A DNA stretch of 63,608 nt, counting the filler, from Reclinomonas americana ATCC 50394 (lineage: Eukaryota): the NCBI GenBank assembly GCA_048213135.1. It is 6 parts of 2 records of this genome, joined end to end, with 100 filler letters (N's around TTAATTAATTAA, not from the genome) between each part and the next. Parts side by side here need not be neighbours in the genome. Positions count along the whole stretch, not along the records: positions 49,386 to 61,690 come from PS015030.1; positions 61,791 to 63,608 come from PS015037.1; 4 more parts are not named here. One strand, given 5' to 3'. The notes under the pieces are model-generated. The model saw nothing but the letters and a program-made list of their open reading frames with translations. It was not told where the DNA came from and did no database searches. Positions 52,401-63,608 of this stretch are shown piece after piece. Within the stretch, counting starts at the first letter, position 1, and the number at the start of each line of letters is the position of its first letter. The position numbers and the translations under genes were made by a program.

Positions 52401-55321
52401 GCCTCTCATCGAGCTGCTCCTCCACTGCGCGCCGCTTGCGCGTCTCCTCCGCAATGACTTGCTGCAGCCGCTCGACCTCCGCCGCCGCCTCACTAGTGGC
52501 ACGCTGCTGCTGAGTTAATTTCGCCACTGCTCGGTCGGCCGCTTCGCTAGATCGTCGCCGCTCGTCGGCAACAGCTTTCTTGAGCTGTGCAACCGACATC
52601 TCGAGCTTCCGCAACTGGCGTTTCTCCGCAGCTGCAACTCGTCGCATTTCTTCAAGTTTCTCCGCGCGTTCGAGCCGGGCAGCGTTGGCCTCCCGTTTGG
52701 CGGCGTCGGCCTCCCGTCGAATGGTTTCGACTTCCAGTCGAGCGACGTTGAGTTCCTCTTGGAGCTGTTGATTTCGGCGCTCAAGTTCCTGCTCGCGCTC
52801 GCGATCCTGCAAGCGTTTTTGTTCCACCTCGCGTTGCACTCGAGCCATTACAGATTCCGTCTCACGCGGCAGGCGTGGCGTTGTCGATTCGTGGCTCCGC
52901 ACTCCCATGGCCAGGGCAGTCTGCACGCACCAAACACGAGCATCAGCGTACTGTCGACGGGAAGGACAGCCAATCATCCAAGACAACAACACCTTGCGCG
53001 GCGTCGACTCGACAAAGGCTGTGTTGTTCTCCTCATGAGGCGCGTGCGTGAATACTGACAGATACATGCACGAACATTGCAACGCACCTGTAGGTGATGG
53101 CGATGGCCGGGGTTCCACCGCGAGCTGCAGGCGAGGAACAACGTGTCTGCGTGCGATCCGCTGCTGCTGCTCGCCAAGGTGATCCAACACGTCGGCCACC
53201 TGCTGCTTGTCATTCTTGCGAGCCACTTGTGCCGGCGTGTCGCCGTCCTTGTTCACCATGGAGACGAGATCCGGGCACGCAGCAGCCAGCTGCTGCACAA
53301 TGACTTCGTATCCAGGCCACGCCGCATGGTGCAGAGCATTCCACTTGGTGCGGCGAACGACTGCACTGATCACTTGCGGAGGACATCGGCCTTCGTCTGC
53401 CAAAAGCCACTCCACGGCGTGCAGTCGGCCGTGATAGGCGGCCATCATCAATGGCGTCCAGCCATCGTCGCCCACCAGTTCTGCAAGCTGTTGACCGACA
53501 TCGCTCTCCCACAAGAAGTCCAAAATGTCAATGTGGCTGCGAGACGCTGCATAAACAAAGCAAGAGCGGCCCAGGTCATCCATCTCGACGCGCTGCAGCA
53601 ACGCCTCTGCGCCCTCGCGAGCCACCAAATCCTGCAGCCCCTGGAGGTCGCCGACTTCAGCCATCTGCCAGGCTCGCAAATTTTGCGATTGCTTTCGGCG
53701 TTCAAGTCGAGAAGCTTGTGTTCGAGGGGTTTCACTGGAGGAAGACAGGGAGAGAAAGAGAGACAGACGGAAGTGCGTGAGGCAAAAGGACATAATAGGT
53801 GAAAGCGATGAGGCACGCTGGCTCTATCAACCTCAACCGTAAGTAGCAGATCTGAAATGCAGGTATCTTCGAAAGCAAACTCTCCTCAGCTCTACCTCTC
53901 GCACTCGTTGATGCAGTTCATGTCATTCTCTGCGCTCCTTTTCCTCTTCATCTCTCTCCCCTCCTCTCTCTATTTTGGAAGGCCAGCAAACTTGACGACA
54001 AACCTCCAAGTAAAAGCCTCGGCAACAGTGGTTCCACCCGTTCTTGTGATCTAGAACAGCGCAAGATAGAAATATGAGAGCATACAAAGAGAGAAAACGC
54101 ACAACAACATGAGCTCAGGCACACCTGCCGCGGTGAATCCAGAGTCGTTGCGCGCGCACGTGGCGACGCGAACGGCAGTGCAAATGGTGACACGGGCGAC
54201 GCTACGCGTGGCGACACGAGCGGCACGGCTTGCGGCGACACAGCCGATATAATACGCGGCGACGCGAGCGCCAGTGCGCGCGGTGATTCGAGTCGCGTTG
54301 CGCGCGGCGATGCAAGCGCCGTTGCACGCGGTGATGCAAGCGCTATTGCACGCGGTGATGCAAGCGCTATTGCACGCGGCGGTCCAAGCGCTATTGCACG
54401 CGGCGGTGCACGCGGCGGTGCAAGCGCCGTTGCATGCGGCGGTACCAGCGGCATTGCATGCACACGCGGTGACACGAAACCACGATCGAGCTGGGGCGCA
54501 CGCGGCGGTGCATAGCCGTGCGTCGTTGCACGAGGTGATTCGTGCGGTGCGAATCGGACTGAGTCAGACAAGGTTGATGTGAAGTTAGCATCAACGTGAA
54601 ACGTCTCAAATGAGTGAAACAGAGAACAACACAACACAGTTGATCGATCGCCTCGCACAGAAAGCGATTGATGCGCATGCTAGGGGGACTGGCCAGATCA
54701 AAAGTGATCGACGAGAAGAGAAAGCGAAACATACAGACGGGATGCAGGAAGCTGACATCATCACTCACCAGGTTGGCTTGCAATTCTCGGAGTCGGCTGA
54801 CTTTGCAGCGAACGAGCTAACGACTCAACAATTTCAAGCATCGCTAAAGCAGCGTTGTTGCCTGTGTGCCGCGCCCACTCCATCGCTTGTTCATGCAAGT
54901 CGGGATAGGCCGCCGCCAGCAGCCTCACGACTCGCAGATGCGATCCCGTGACAGCCCATTCTATTGCACTCAACCATGGGTACGTTGCATCATCATTCGT
55001 GAGTGCGCGAGCCACAGAGGCCGGACAGCGGCGCGTGTCGGCCAACAGCCACTCGACGACCTCCGCATGCCCATTCATCGAGGCCGCAATCAGCGGTGTA
55101 TAGTTCCCAAATGTCACCAGTCTTGCAAGATTGGCGCACACATCCGCACCAGCCACATCCCACAAGCACTGCAACACCTCAACGTGGTTCCACTCTGCAG
55201 CGTGGTGATACACAGAGGCATTCTCCCGATCAACAACTTCAAGCACCTCCGTCCCCTCACGAGAGATGAGCTCGCGAAGTGCGTCCACGTCGCCGCTCTT
55301 GCCAAGCTTCCAGGCCTCCAT
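49469..55321 (-). CDS. Ankyrin repeats, SPR repeats, ankyrin repeats, coiled-coil repeats, RLK/Pelle(IRAK)-type kinase; 51582-51982 is inverted in the assembly; the first ANK block may be a separate gene
   Basis: ANK motifs TPLIAASMNGHAEVVEWLL and WTPLMMAAYHGRLHAVEWLL. Kinase motifs REYTWDDVVHATESF...GEGGEGDVF...VAVKR, LRHRRLVPLLGY..CLVY, QRVQIGLG..GVCFLH, VHRDLKPGNILLD..IGDFGIAR, GTKHYIDP, ILLQLLTGR, AGNWP. The junction at 54120-53740 is unresolved. Confidence 0.75.
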
Positions 55322-55780
55322 CGCGTGCCCACTGCAAGAGAGTGCATGGGTGAGTTGTGAGTGAGTGAGTGCAGTGAGCGGGGAGAGTGAGTGAGAGAGT
55401 GAGGGAATGAGTGAGCGAGCAAAGTGAGGGTGTATAGAGTATATGGATGTGTGTTTTTGTGTGTGTGAGAGAGAGAGAGAAGAGAGAGAGTAGAGAGAGA
55501 AGAGATAAAAGAGAGAGAGAGTGAGAGAGTGTGTGTGTGAGAGAGAGGGAGGGCGGGAGTGAGAGAGAGTGCAAGTAGCGGACACTAATCGGACACATCA
55601 TGCACGCGCCTCATTCGCTGCCGCTGCTCGCGTTGCTCTCCTCCTTCCACGCGAACAGCTCCGCGGCGTCTTTACACAAGCAACGCACGCCTTGCAAAGC
55701 ACACGCACGCAACACGACAAGTCCGTCCCGTCAGTCCTGTCGGATTTCTCGCGTTTTTCCCGCGCGCGCACTCGTGCGAG

Positions 55781-55930
55781 ATGAGCCGCCGCGCACCTCC
55801 TCCCGCCTCCTCGGCAGCAGCAGCACCTACACCTCCACCCGCCCCTCCCGCTGCCAACTCGCAACTTGCGCTCCTCTCTGGTCACAAGGTTGCAGTCTCG
55901 TCCATCGCCGTCTCTCATCACTCTCCACAG

Positions 55931-55973
<43 letters not shown>

Positions 55974-56057
55974 GACAAGAGGAGGGAGAAGCAGGAAGAA
56001 CAGACAGAGAGGCAGAGAGAGAGAGAGACGAAAAGATCAAGATCTCAGTCACGATCA

Positions 56058-56088
<31 letters not shown>

Positions 56089-58111
56089 ACAAGAGCAGCA
56101 GGAAGAACACACAGAGAGACAGAAAGATCAAGATCACCCTCTTCCCCTCATCACCTCCTCTGCCCCTCCTCCCACCTCCTGCTCCCTCCTCCAGCTCATC
56201 GCCACCGGCTGCGAGGGCTGGAAGATCCGCATCTTCAGCAGCAAGACCGCCCGTCTCTTACTGACCCTCACCGGCCACTTTGGAGGCATCGCTGCGCTGG
56301 CCTTCTCGCCCACCGAGGCCTACACCCTCTGCAGCGCCGATCGCGTTGGTCGCTCGCACAACCTGGACCGCGCAGTGGCCGTGTGGGATCTCGGCGAGGC
56401 ACTGAAGACCGCAAAGGGCGAGGAGCTGGATCGTCCGCGATGGATAAACACGTTTGTGCAAGGCTGCTCGGTGAATGCAGTGGCGTTTTCGCCCGACGGA
56501 ACGCTAGTGGTGTGCGCCTCGTATGCGCCCACCTTGAATGTGTACTCGGTGGAGACGGGCGCCCTGGTGCGGCAGACGGAGCCGCGGGAGACGCAGTACT
56601 GGAGTGTCGCGTGCGACGAGGAGTTTGTGATTGCGGGCGCCAATGATCACACTGTGCGGTGGTTTGCGTGGGCGACGGGCGAGCTGGTGCGCGAGGTGAA
56701 CATCGGGGCGGCGGTGCATGCCTTGCAAGTGTCGCCGCAGCGTAACTTTATGGTGCTGTCGAATATCGACGAACCGGTGACCGTCAGTGCGAGTGTGTGG
56801 ACGTATGATGGCGCGGAGAGGCTGCACACTGTGCGCGGGGTGTGTGCGTTCAATGGCGCACTGACACTGTCGCCTGATGGGCAATACGTGGCCAGTGGAT
56901 CGAGTTGAGGAACAGTGTCGGGAAAGGGAAGGGGAGGAGGAGAGAGCATGGAGAGAGGTTCTCACTGCGCCGTTCGCTATGCAGGTGACGACGCCATTCG
57001 TGTGTGGCGGGTGCGCGATGGGCGTCAGGTGGCCAAGTACGTGGGTCACCGTGAGCTGGTGACGGGAGTGGGATTCTTGCATGATGGGCGGTTGGTGAGC
57101 TCGTCGAGGGACATGACGGCGAGGGTGTGGACGGGAGGTGGGTTGGAGTCGGGAAGGGGATGGGGGAGAGGTGAAAGGGAAAGAGAAGGGGGTGGGGGAA
57201 GAGAGAGAAAGACAGCGAAAAAGAGACAGAGAAAGAATGGAAGGGAGTGAGGGGAAGGAAGATAGTAGGAGAGAAAGCGCAGAGAGGTGAACGAGGAACT
57301 GGAGTAGGTAAACACTGACAGGAGTATTGGGCGTGAGGGATGAAGAGCGAGAAAGGTCAAAGCGAAGGTGCATTTTGAATGAAGGGGATGGAACAAGCGA
57401 TGAAAGAGACAGAGGAAAATGAAGAAGAGGTGAGCGACTGGAGGAGCGTGTTCACCTCTCCCCGTTTTCATTCTCCCTCCCGTTTTCCTCTCTTCTGCCT
57501 TCCCCTCTGTCCTCCGGCTTCCTTCTTCCCTCCTTCCGTCTTCCCTCCTTCCTTTTTCCCCGCCTTCCGTCTTTCCCCTTTCGTCTTTCCTTCTTTCAGC
57601 CGTTCCCCTTCCCTCTTCTCCCAATCACTTCCGTCTTCCCTCTTCCTCCCTTCTCAATCTTCCGCCTTCCGTCTTCCCTCCTTCTATCGTCCCCCCTTTT
57701 CCGTCTTACCCCATTCCGTCTTCCCTCTCTTCCGTCTTTCCCCTTCTCCCTCACCCCTTCCATCTTCCCCATCCCTCGTTCCCTTTGCCCCTTCCCCTTC
57801 CGTCTTCCCCCTTTCATCTTCGCTCCTTCCGTCTTTCCTCCTTCTATCTTGCCCCCGTTTTCGTCCCCCCTTCCGTCTCCCCCCCCCCTTCCGCCTTTAC
57901 CCCTTCCCCTCTCCCAGGCCCCTGGTCACCCGTCTACTGTGCCAAACGCGAAGTCACCACCATCCAATTCGCCCTCGCCGCCCTGCAAGACACCAAGATC
58001 GCCAAGCAACGCGCCGAGCGCAACCTCACCGAACCACTGCCAAACCGCATCCTCCGCTGCTTCATCCTCGAAGACGCACACGCCATCTTGTGGAAGTTGG
58101 AGAACCCATAA
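55781..58111 (+). CDS. WD40-repeat protein
   Basis: LSGHKVAVSSIAVS, LTGHFGGIAALAFSP, VAVWD, VNAVAFSPDG, LSPDGQYVASGSSDDAIRVW, VGHRELVTGVGF..LVSSSRDMTARVW. Four exons, stop TAA at 58109-58111. Confidence 0.9.
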
Positions 58112-58563
58112 AATACAACGAAGTCGTCCTGTCCTCTTACTTGCCATGTCTTCTGCGCCTCCACCACCGCCANNNNNNNNNNNNNNNNNNNNNNNNNNNN
58201 NNNNNNNNNNNNNNNNNNNNNNNNNNNNNNNNNNNNNNNNNNNNNNNNNNNNNNNNNNNNNNNNNNNNNNNNNNNNNNNNNNNNNNNNNNNNNNNNNNNN
58301 NNNNNNNNNNNNNNNNNNNNNNNNNNNNNNNNNNNNNNNNNNNNNNNNNNNNNNNNNNNNNNNNNNNNNNNNNNNNNNNNNNNNNNNNNNNNNNNNNNNN
58401 NNNNNNNNNNNNNNNNNNNNNNNNNNNNNNNNNNNNNNNNNNNNNNNNNNNNNNNNNNNNNNNNNNNNNNNNNNNNNNNNNNNNNNNNNNNNNNNNNNNN
58501 NNNNNNNNNNNNNNNNNNNNNNNNNNNNNNNNNNNNNNNNNNNNNNNNNNNNNNNNNNNNNNN

Positions 58564-58655
<92 letters not shown>

Positions 58656-59064
58656 CTTCGTGCGCATGCATATGCATCATGATCATGATCACACTTCGAC
58701 TATTTCTCGCTTTTTTTCGTGATGTCTGAGTTTCTGGTGCTCACTCAAGATGGTGATCAGCATGCAGCTGTATTGCTGTTTGGGTTAGGAAAGTTGCTGT
58801 TGTTGTTGTTTGCTGTACGCGCACTGGGATACAAAATTGTATCTAGATCTGGTTTTGCTCCAATATTTCACGAATTCAAAATTCGAGCTCCTTGCGGTTC
58901 CAGCCCCGCGGTCGCGAAACACGGGTGCGATACTCAGCCTCCATTGTTAAGGTGCGCGCAACAGTGTCAGCTCCAGCACTTCAGCACTTGCTGCTTTCAC
59001 CACCACGAAATTTCATTTTCATCCGTTGCACACTCATTCATTGCACGCGAGGAGAAGAAGAGAA

Positions 59065-59466
59065 ATGCAGCGATCTCCGCTTGTGACGCTCGCCCGTCAT
59101 CACACGCGTGCTCTCAAGAAACCCACCTCCTCGTCCTCGTCCTCGCCCACAGTGGACAAGGAGAACTCTCCAGTGGTGCCTGTCAAGACGAAACCGCAGC
59201 TGAGCAGTCTTGTCGTCGACAGCGACGATGTCATTGTGTTCAACACCTCCAAGCGACGACGACGAAAACAGGAGCGCACAGGAGGAGAACAGGAGGATAT
59301 GCACACTCCAACGCAGCAGAAGCGCAGTGCCGCGTGGCTCTCTGCGACTGCGACTACTCCTCCGCCGACTATGTCGTTGGCAGGCGCGACTGATGTGTCG
59401 CCTGTGTTGGTGTTTGATGCCTGTGATGGTGGCGATGATGATGATGCGCCGACGCCGGTGGGAAAG
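59065..59466 (+). CDS. First exon of an unknown protein (disordered, KEN-box-like DKENSP, basic KRRRRK); further probable exons near 61296-61340, 61881-61943 and 62568-62603
   Basis: An open GC-rich frame ends at a GTGAGG donor. No family recognised. Confidence 0.5.
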
Positions 59467-59559
59467 GTGAGGAGAAGGGGGGGAAAAGGGTAGGAGAATG
59501 GTAGTTGATGTGCACGTGGCGCTCTTGCGTGTCGTGCTGTGTTGACGGGAGAGAGAGAG

Positions 59560-60305
59560 AGGCACAGAGGCTGCTCGACACGTGTGCTCATTGTGAGCCA
59601 CATGAGCGTTCATTCTGTGTGACTCTCTGTCTCTCTCTGTCTTCTTACTGCGAGTCAGTCTCCTTCCTTCTCTCTCTTTNNNNNNNNNNNNNNNNNNNNN
59701 NNNNNNNNNNNNNNNNNNNNNNNNNNNNNNNNNNNNNNNNNNNNNNNNNNNNNNNNNNNNNNNNNNNNNNNNNNNNNNNNNNNNNNNNNNNNNNNNNNNN
59801 NNNNNNNNNNNNNNNNNNNNNNNNNNNNNNNNNNNNNNNNNNNNNNNNNNNNNNNNNNNNNNNNNNNNNNNNNNNNNNNNNNNNNNNNNNNNNNNNNNNN
59901 NNNNNNNNNNNNNNNNNNNNNNNNNNNNNNNNNNNNNNNNNNNNNNNNNNNNNNNNNNNNNNNNNNNNNNNNNNNNNNNNNNNNNNNNNNNNNNNNNNNN
60001 NNNNNNNNNNNNNNNNNNNNNNNNNNNNNNNNNNNNNNNNNNNNNNNNNNNNNNNNNNNNNNNNNNNNNNNNNNNNNNNNNNNNNNNNNNNNNNNNNNNN
60101 NNNNNNNNNNNNNNNNNNNNNNNNNNNNNNNNNNNNNNNNNNNNNNNNNNNNNNNNNNNNNNNNNNNNNNNNNNNNNNNNNNNNNNNNNNNNNNNNNNNN
60201 NNNNNNNNNNNNNNNNNNNNNNNNNNNNNNNNNNNNNNNNNNNNNNNNNNNNNNNNNNNNNNNNNNNNNNNNNNNNNNNNNNNNNNNNNNNNNNNNNNNN
60301 NNNNN

Positions 60306-60383
<78 letters not shown>

Positions 60384-61110
60384 TCTTTGCTGCCTGTCTC
60401 TGCCCTTCTCTCTCACTCGTGTCAATGTCTTCTGTGTGTGAGAGAGGCGCAGTCGCGACATGAGCGTTCATTCTCTGTGACTCTGTCTCTCTCCATCTTG
60501 TCGTCTTTTCTGTCTGTCTGTCTCCTTCCTTCTCTCTCTTTCCCCCTCTTCCTCTCATTCACTCGTCTCTCTGGCTTCTCTAAGAGAGGCGCAGTGGCCT
60601 GACACGTGTGCGCTTGGAAGGCGACACGTGAAGCGGTCATTCTCCGTGACTCTCTGTCTCTCTGTCTCTCATCTCTCTCTCTCTCTCTGTCTTCTTTGCT
60701 GTCGTCTCTGCCCTTCTCTCTCACTCGTGTCTCTGTCATCCGTGTGAGAGAGGCTCTGTGGCTGCTCGACACGTGAGCGACATGAGTGGTTCATTCTGTG
60801 ACTCTGTCTCTCTCTGTCTTCTTACTGCGTGTCAGTCTCTCTCCTTCTCTCTCTCTCCCTCTCCTCCTCTCATTCACTCGTCTCTCTGGCTTCTCTGAGA
60901 GACTGAGTGGCTGCTCGACACGTGTGCTCATTGTGGGCGACCTGAGTGTTCATTCTCTGTGATTCTGTCTCTCTCACCTTTGTCTTCTTATCTGTCTATC
61001 AGTCTCTTTCCTTCACTCTCCCTCCCTCTCCTCCTCTCGTTCACTCGTCTCTCTGCCTTCTCTAAGAGAGGCGCAGTGGCTGCGCGACACGTGTGCTCAT
61101 GGTGGGCGGA
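59560..61110. repeat. ~150-180-bp intronic tandem repeat interleaved with (CT)n
   Basis: Recurring AGAGAGGCGCAGTGGCTGCTCGACACGTGTGCTCA..CATTCTGTGACTCTGTCTCTC, at least 6 copies. Confidence 0.8.
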
Positions 61111-62013
61111 AGAACGTGCCTCCTGATGCAATCATTCTCAGCCATTCTGTCTTTCTCTCTCATTCCCTTCCCCCTCCTCTCTCTGTCACACACTCTCTCT
61201 CTCTGTCAATCTCTCCCTCTCTTCCTCTCTCTCTCTCTCTCACTCTCTCACGCATCCTCCCTTTCTGTGTCTGTCAATTTCTCCTTCGCGGTCAGCACTT
61301 GCAGATTCGCGTCAGTCGCCCTTCCGCCAGGCAGAAGCGAGTGAGCGTGTGGCGATCGTTTGTGTTTTGTGCGCTTGATTCTTGTGTTAGTTTACGTGTC
61401 GCTTCGTGTTATTCCTTTGTCATGATTTTCCTTCACTCATGTGCATCTGGGTGAGGTGTTCTTTGTGTGGACGAGCTTCAGACACGCCCGCCTTTCCTGT
61501 CCCTTGCACACTTTCGCGCGCTCGGCCACGTTGTTGAACGTGCTTGTACACCTCTCGCTTTGCTATCTTTAATTAATGTTACTCTTCGCGCCTCCCCACC
61601 GCATGATTGCGTTCGTTTCTGCACCTATGCAGTCGTTCCTTATATCTGCTCTTCCCCCTGTCGCTTCCCCTGTTCCTTCCCCCTGTTCCTNNNNNNNNNN
61701 NNNNNNNNNNNNNNNNNNNNNNNNNNNNNNNNNNTTAATTAATTAANNNNNNNNNNNNNNNNNNNNNNNNNNNNNNNNNNNNNNNNNNNNAGAGAGGGAG
61801 AGAGAGAGAGAAGGACTGTGTGTGTGTGTGAGAGAGAGGTAAGGACTGTGAGGATTGACAAGTCTCTCTCTCTTTATGCAGTGGCACAACGGCAGAGTGC
61901 TCGGTTTGTGACGACGGAGGCTCTGCGCAACTGGTTCATGTCGGTGAGGGGGAGGGAAGGGAGAGAGGGAAAGAGAGAGGGAAAGAGAGGGAAAGAGAGA
62001 GTGATTGAGAGAG

Positions 62014-62045
<32 letters not shown>

Positions 62046-63608
62046 TTACACACAAGACAGAGACCGAATGAAGAGGCGAAGAGAGAGAGAGAGAGAGAGT
62101 GAGTGAGTGAGAGGGAAAGGGAGAGTGAGTTGGGGGAGAGAGAACAAACATGACAAGTGAGAATGAGAGAGAGAGGAGGGCGAAGAGAGCGGGAAACAGG
62201 CCTGCAGGGGGTGATTGAGAGCAAGGATGAGCGTGATTGAGAGTGAGAGGAGAGACAAGGGAGAAAGAGAGATAGCAAGACAGCGAGACAAAGAGACAGC
62301 GAGAGAGAGAGAGCAAGGCTGGGAGACAAGAGAAGCGTGGAGACAGAGATCGACAGCGAGAAAGCCGCACTGAGAGACAAGAGAAGCATGCGCGAGAGGA
62401 AAGGAGAGAGCGAGGAGAAACAGAAGTTGGGGAAGAATGAGCAGACAGACAGAGACTGAGAACGACAGCGAGGAAGCCGCACTGAGAGAGAGAGAGGGAA
62501 ACAGAGGCTGAGCGCTCACTGACACTTGTCTCCTCCTCCTCCTCCTCTTCTTCATTCCTTTGGGCAGGCCAGTGAACGCGACACGTTTGCTGGGTTTCAG
62601 GATGTGGGCGCTGTGTGTGATGTGCCTGAGGCGGCCTTTTCACAGATTCGAGAGTGCGTGGGAGTGGGAGTGGTGCGATGATTAGTTGTTGTTGTTGGTG
62701 GTGCTGACTGGTGGAAAAAAGGATCACGGAGTGGGCGATGGAGGAGGAGGTGGAGCGGATGGCGGTGCTCACGTTGTTGTGTGCGAGCTCGCAGGCGGTG
62801 GGTGTGAAGGGGGAAGATAGAGGGAGGGGAAGGAGAGGGTGGAAGGAGGAGGAAAGGAAGAGGAAGGAAAGGAGAAGGAGAGAGATGAGGAAGATGGAGC
62901 TATGAGAGCGAATTGATGTGACGTGGGGTGGAGGAGGGGACAGCAAAAGGAATGGGAAGGAGAAGAAGGGGGACGGGAAGGCGGTGTAAGGCGATCGGGA
63001 AGGAGGAGATGGGAGGAGAGGGAGAATAGGAAAGGCAGGGAAGGAGGCAGGGAAGGAGAGCGAGAAGAAAATAAGCGGAGAAGAGAAGAAGAAGGAGAAT
63101 TCAGGTGCACACTCCGTCTATAGACTCACACACTTCCTCACCAAGCGTCATGATGTGCGTTCTCCTGCTTGGGAAGAGAAAGGCGAGGCGAGGGAAGAAT
63201 AAGAAACGGTGAAGAGTTGAAGTGAGAGTGAAGGAAGTCAACAGATCGTGTGAGATGGAGAAGCTGGAGACGGCCAAGAGGAGGCAGGGAAGAGCAAAGA
63301 AGCGTTGATGTTTCGTATGTGTCCTTGTACGCGAAGTATCACGGCCTTGGTCTCTTGTCTCAACGTCTTGTTGACCTTTGTTTTCCCACGAGAGATGCAG
63401 ACTGCCTCTGTCCCTGTGTCTCAAGATCGTGGTTTGTTGGCCACTTTCCACAAGAGAAGAGGAGTCGCGCATCCATCCCTTCCCTTCCCTTTCCCATTCC
63501 TCTTTCCTCTTCCCCCTTTCCTTCCGCTCCCCTTTCCTTCCCCCTTCCCTTTCCGCTTCCCATTCTCCTTTCCTTTCCCTTGCCGTTTCACTCACTCCTT
63601 GTCTCCTT

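Overview
This is eukaryotic nuclear DNA from a gappy draft assembly, with N runs and artificial TTAATTAATTAA linkers. The organism is probably an intron-rich flagellated protist using the standard genetic code; I cannot name the taxon. Splicing exons by hand gives about 14 genes: an ODA-docking-complex-like coiled-coil protein, uridine phosphorylase, two tandem paralogues of a large secreted FN3/NHL/cadherin-like/IPT/PAN protein, a 7TM-RGS protein, an AzgA/NCS2-like permease, an atypical MAPK-like kinase, a PQQ glucose/sorbosone dehydrogenase, an FLVCR-like MFS transporter, a serine carboxypeptidase S10, a Dullard/NIF phosphatase, an ankyrin/coiled-coil/RLK-Pelle kinase, a WD40 protein and an unknown protein. 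Three gap-flanked contigs are misoriented inside genes. The strongest signal is in the splicing. About one third of the introns I could place (roughly 40 of roughly 130, hand count) use a one-nucleotide-shifted donor GTTNNG(T), mostly GTTGCGT, and these almost always follow a non-G last exon base. There is also a U2-like AT-AC intron and two GC-AG introns. All exon structures are inferred from reading frame and protein motifs, not from transcripts.
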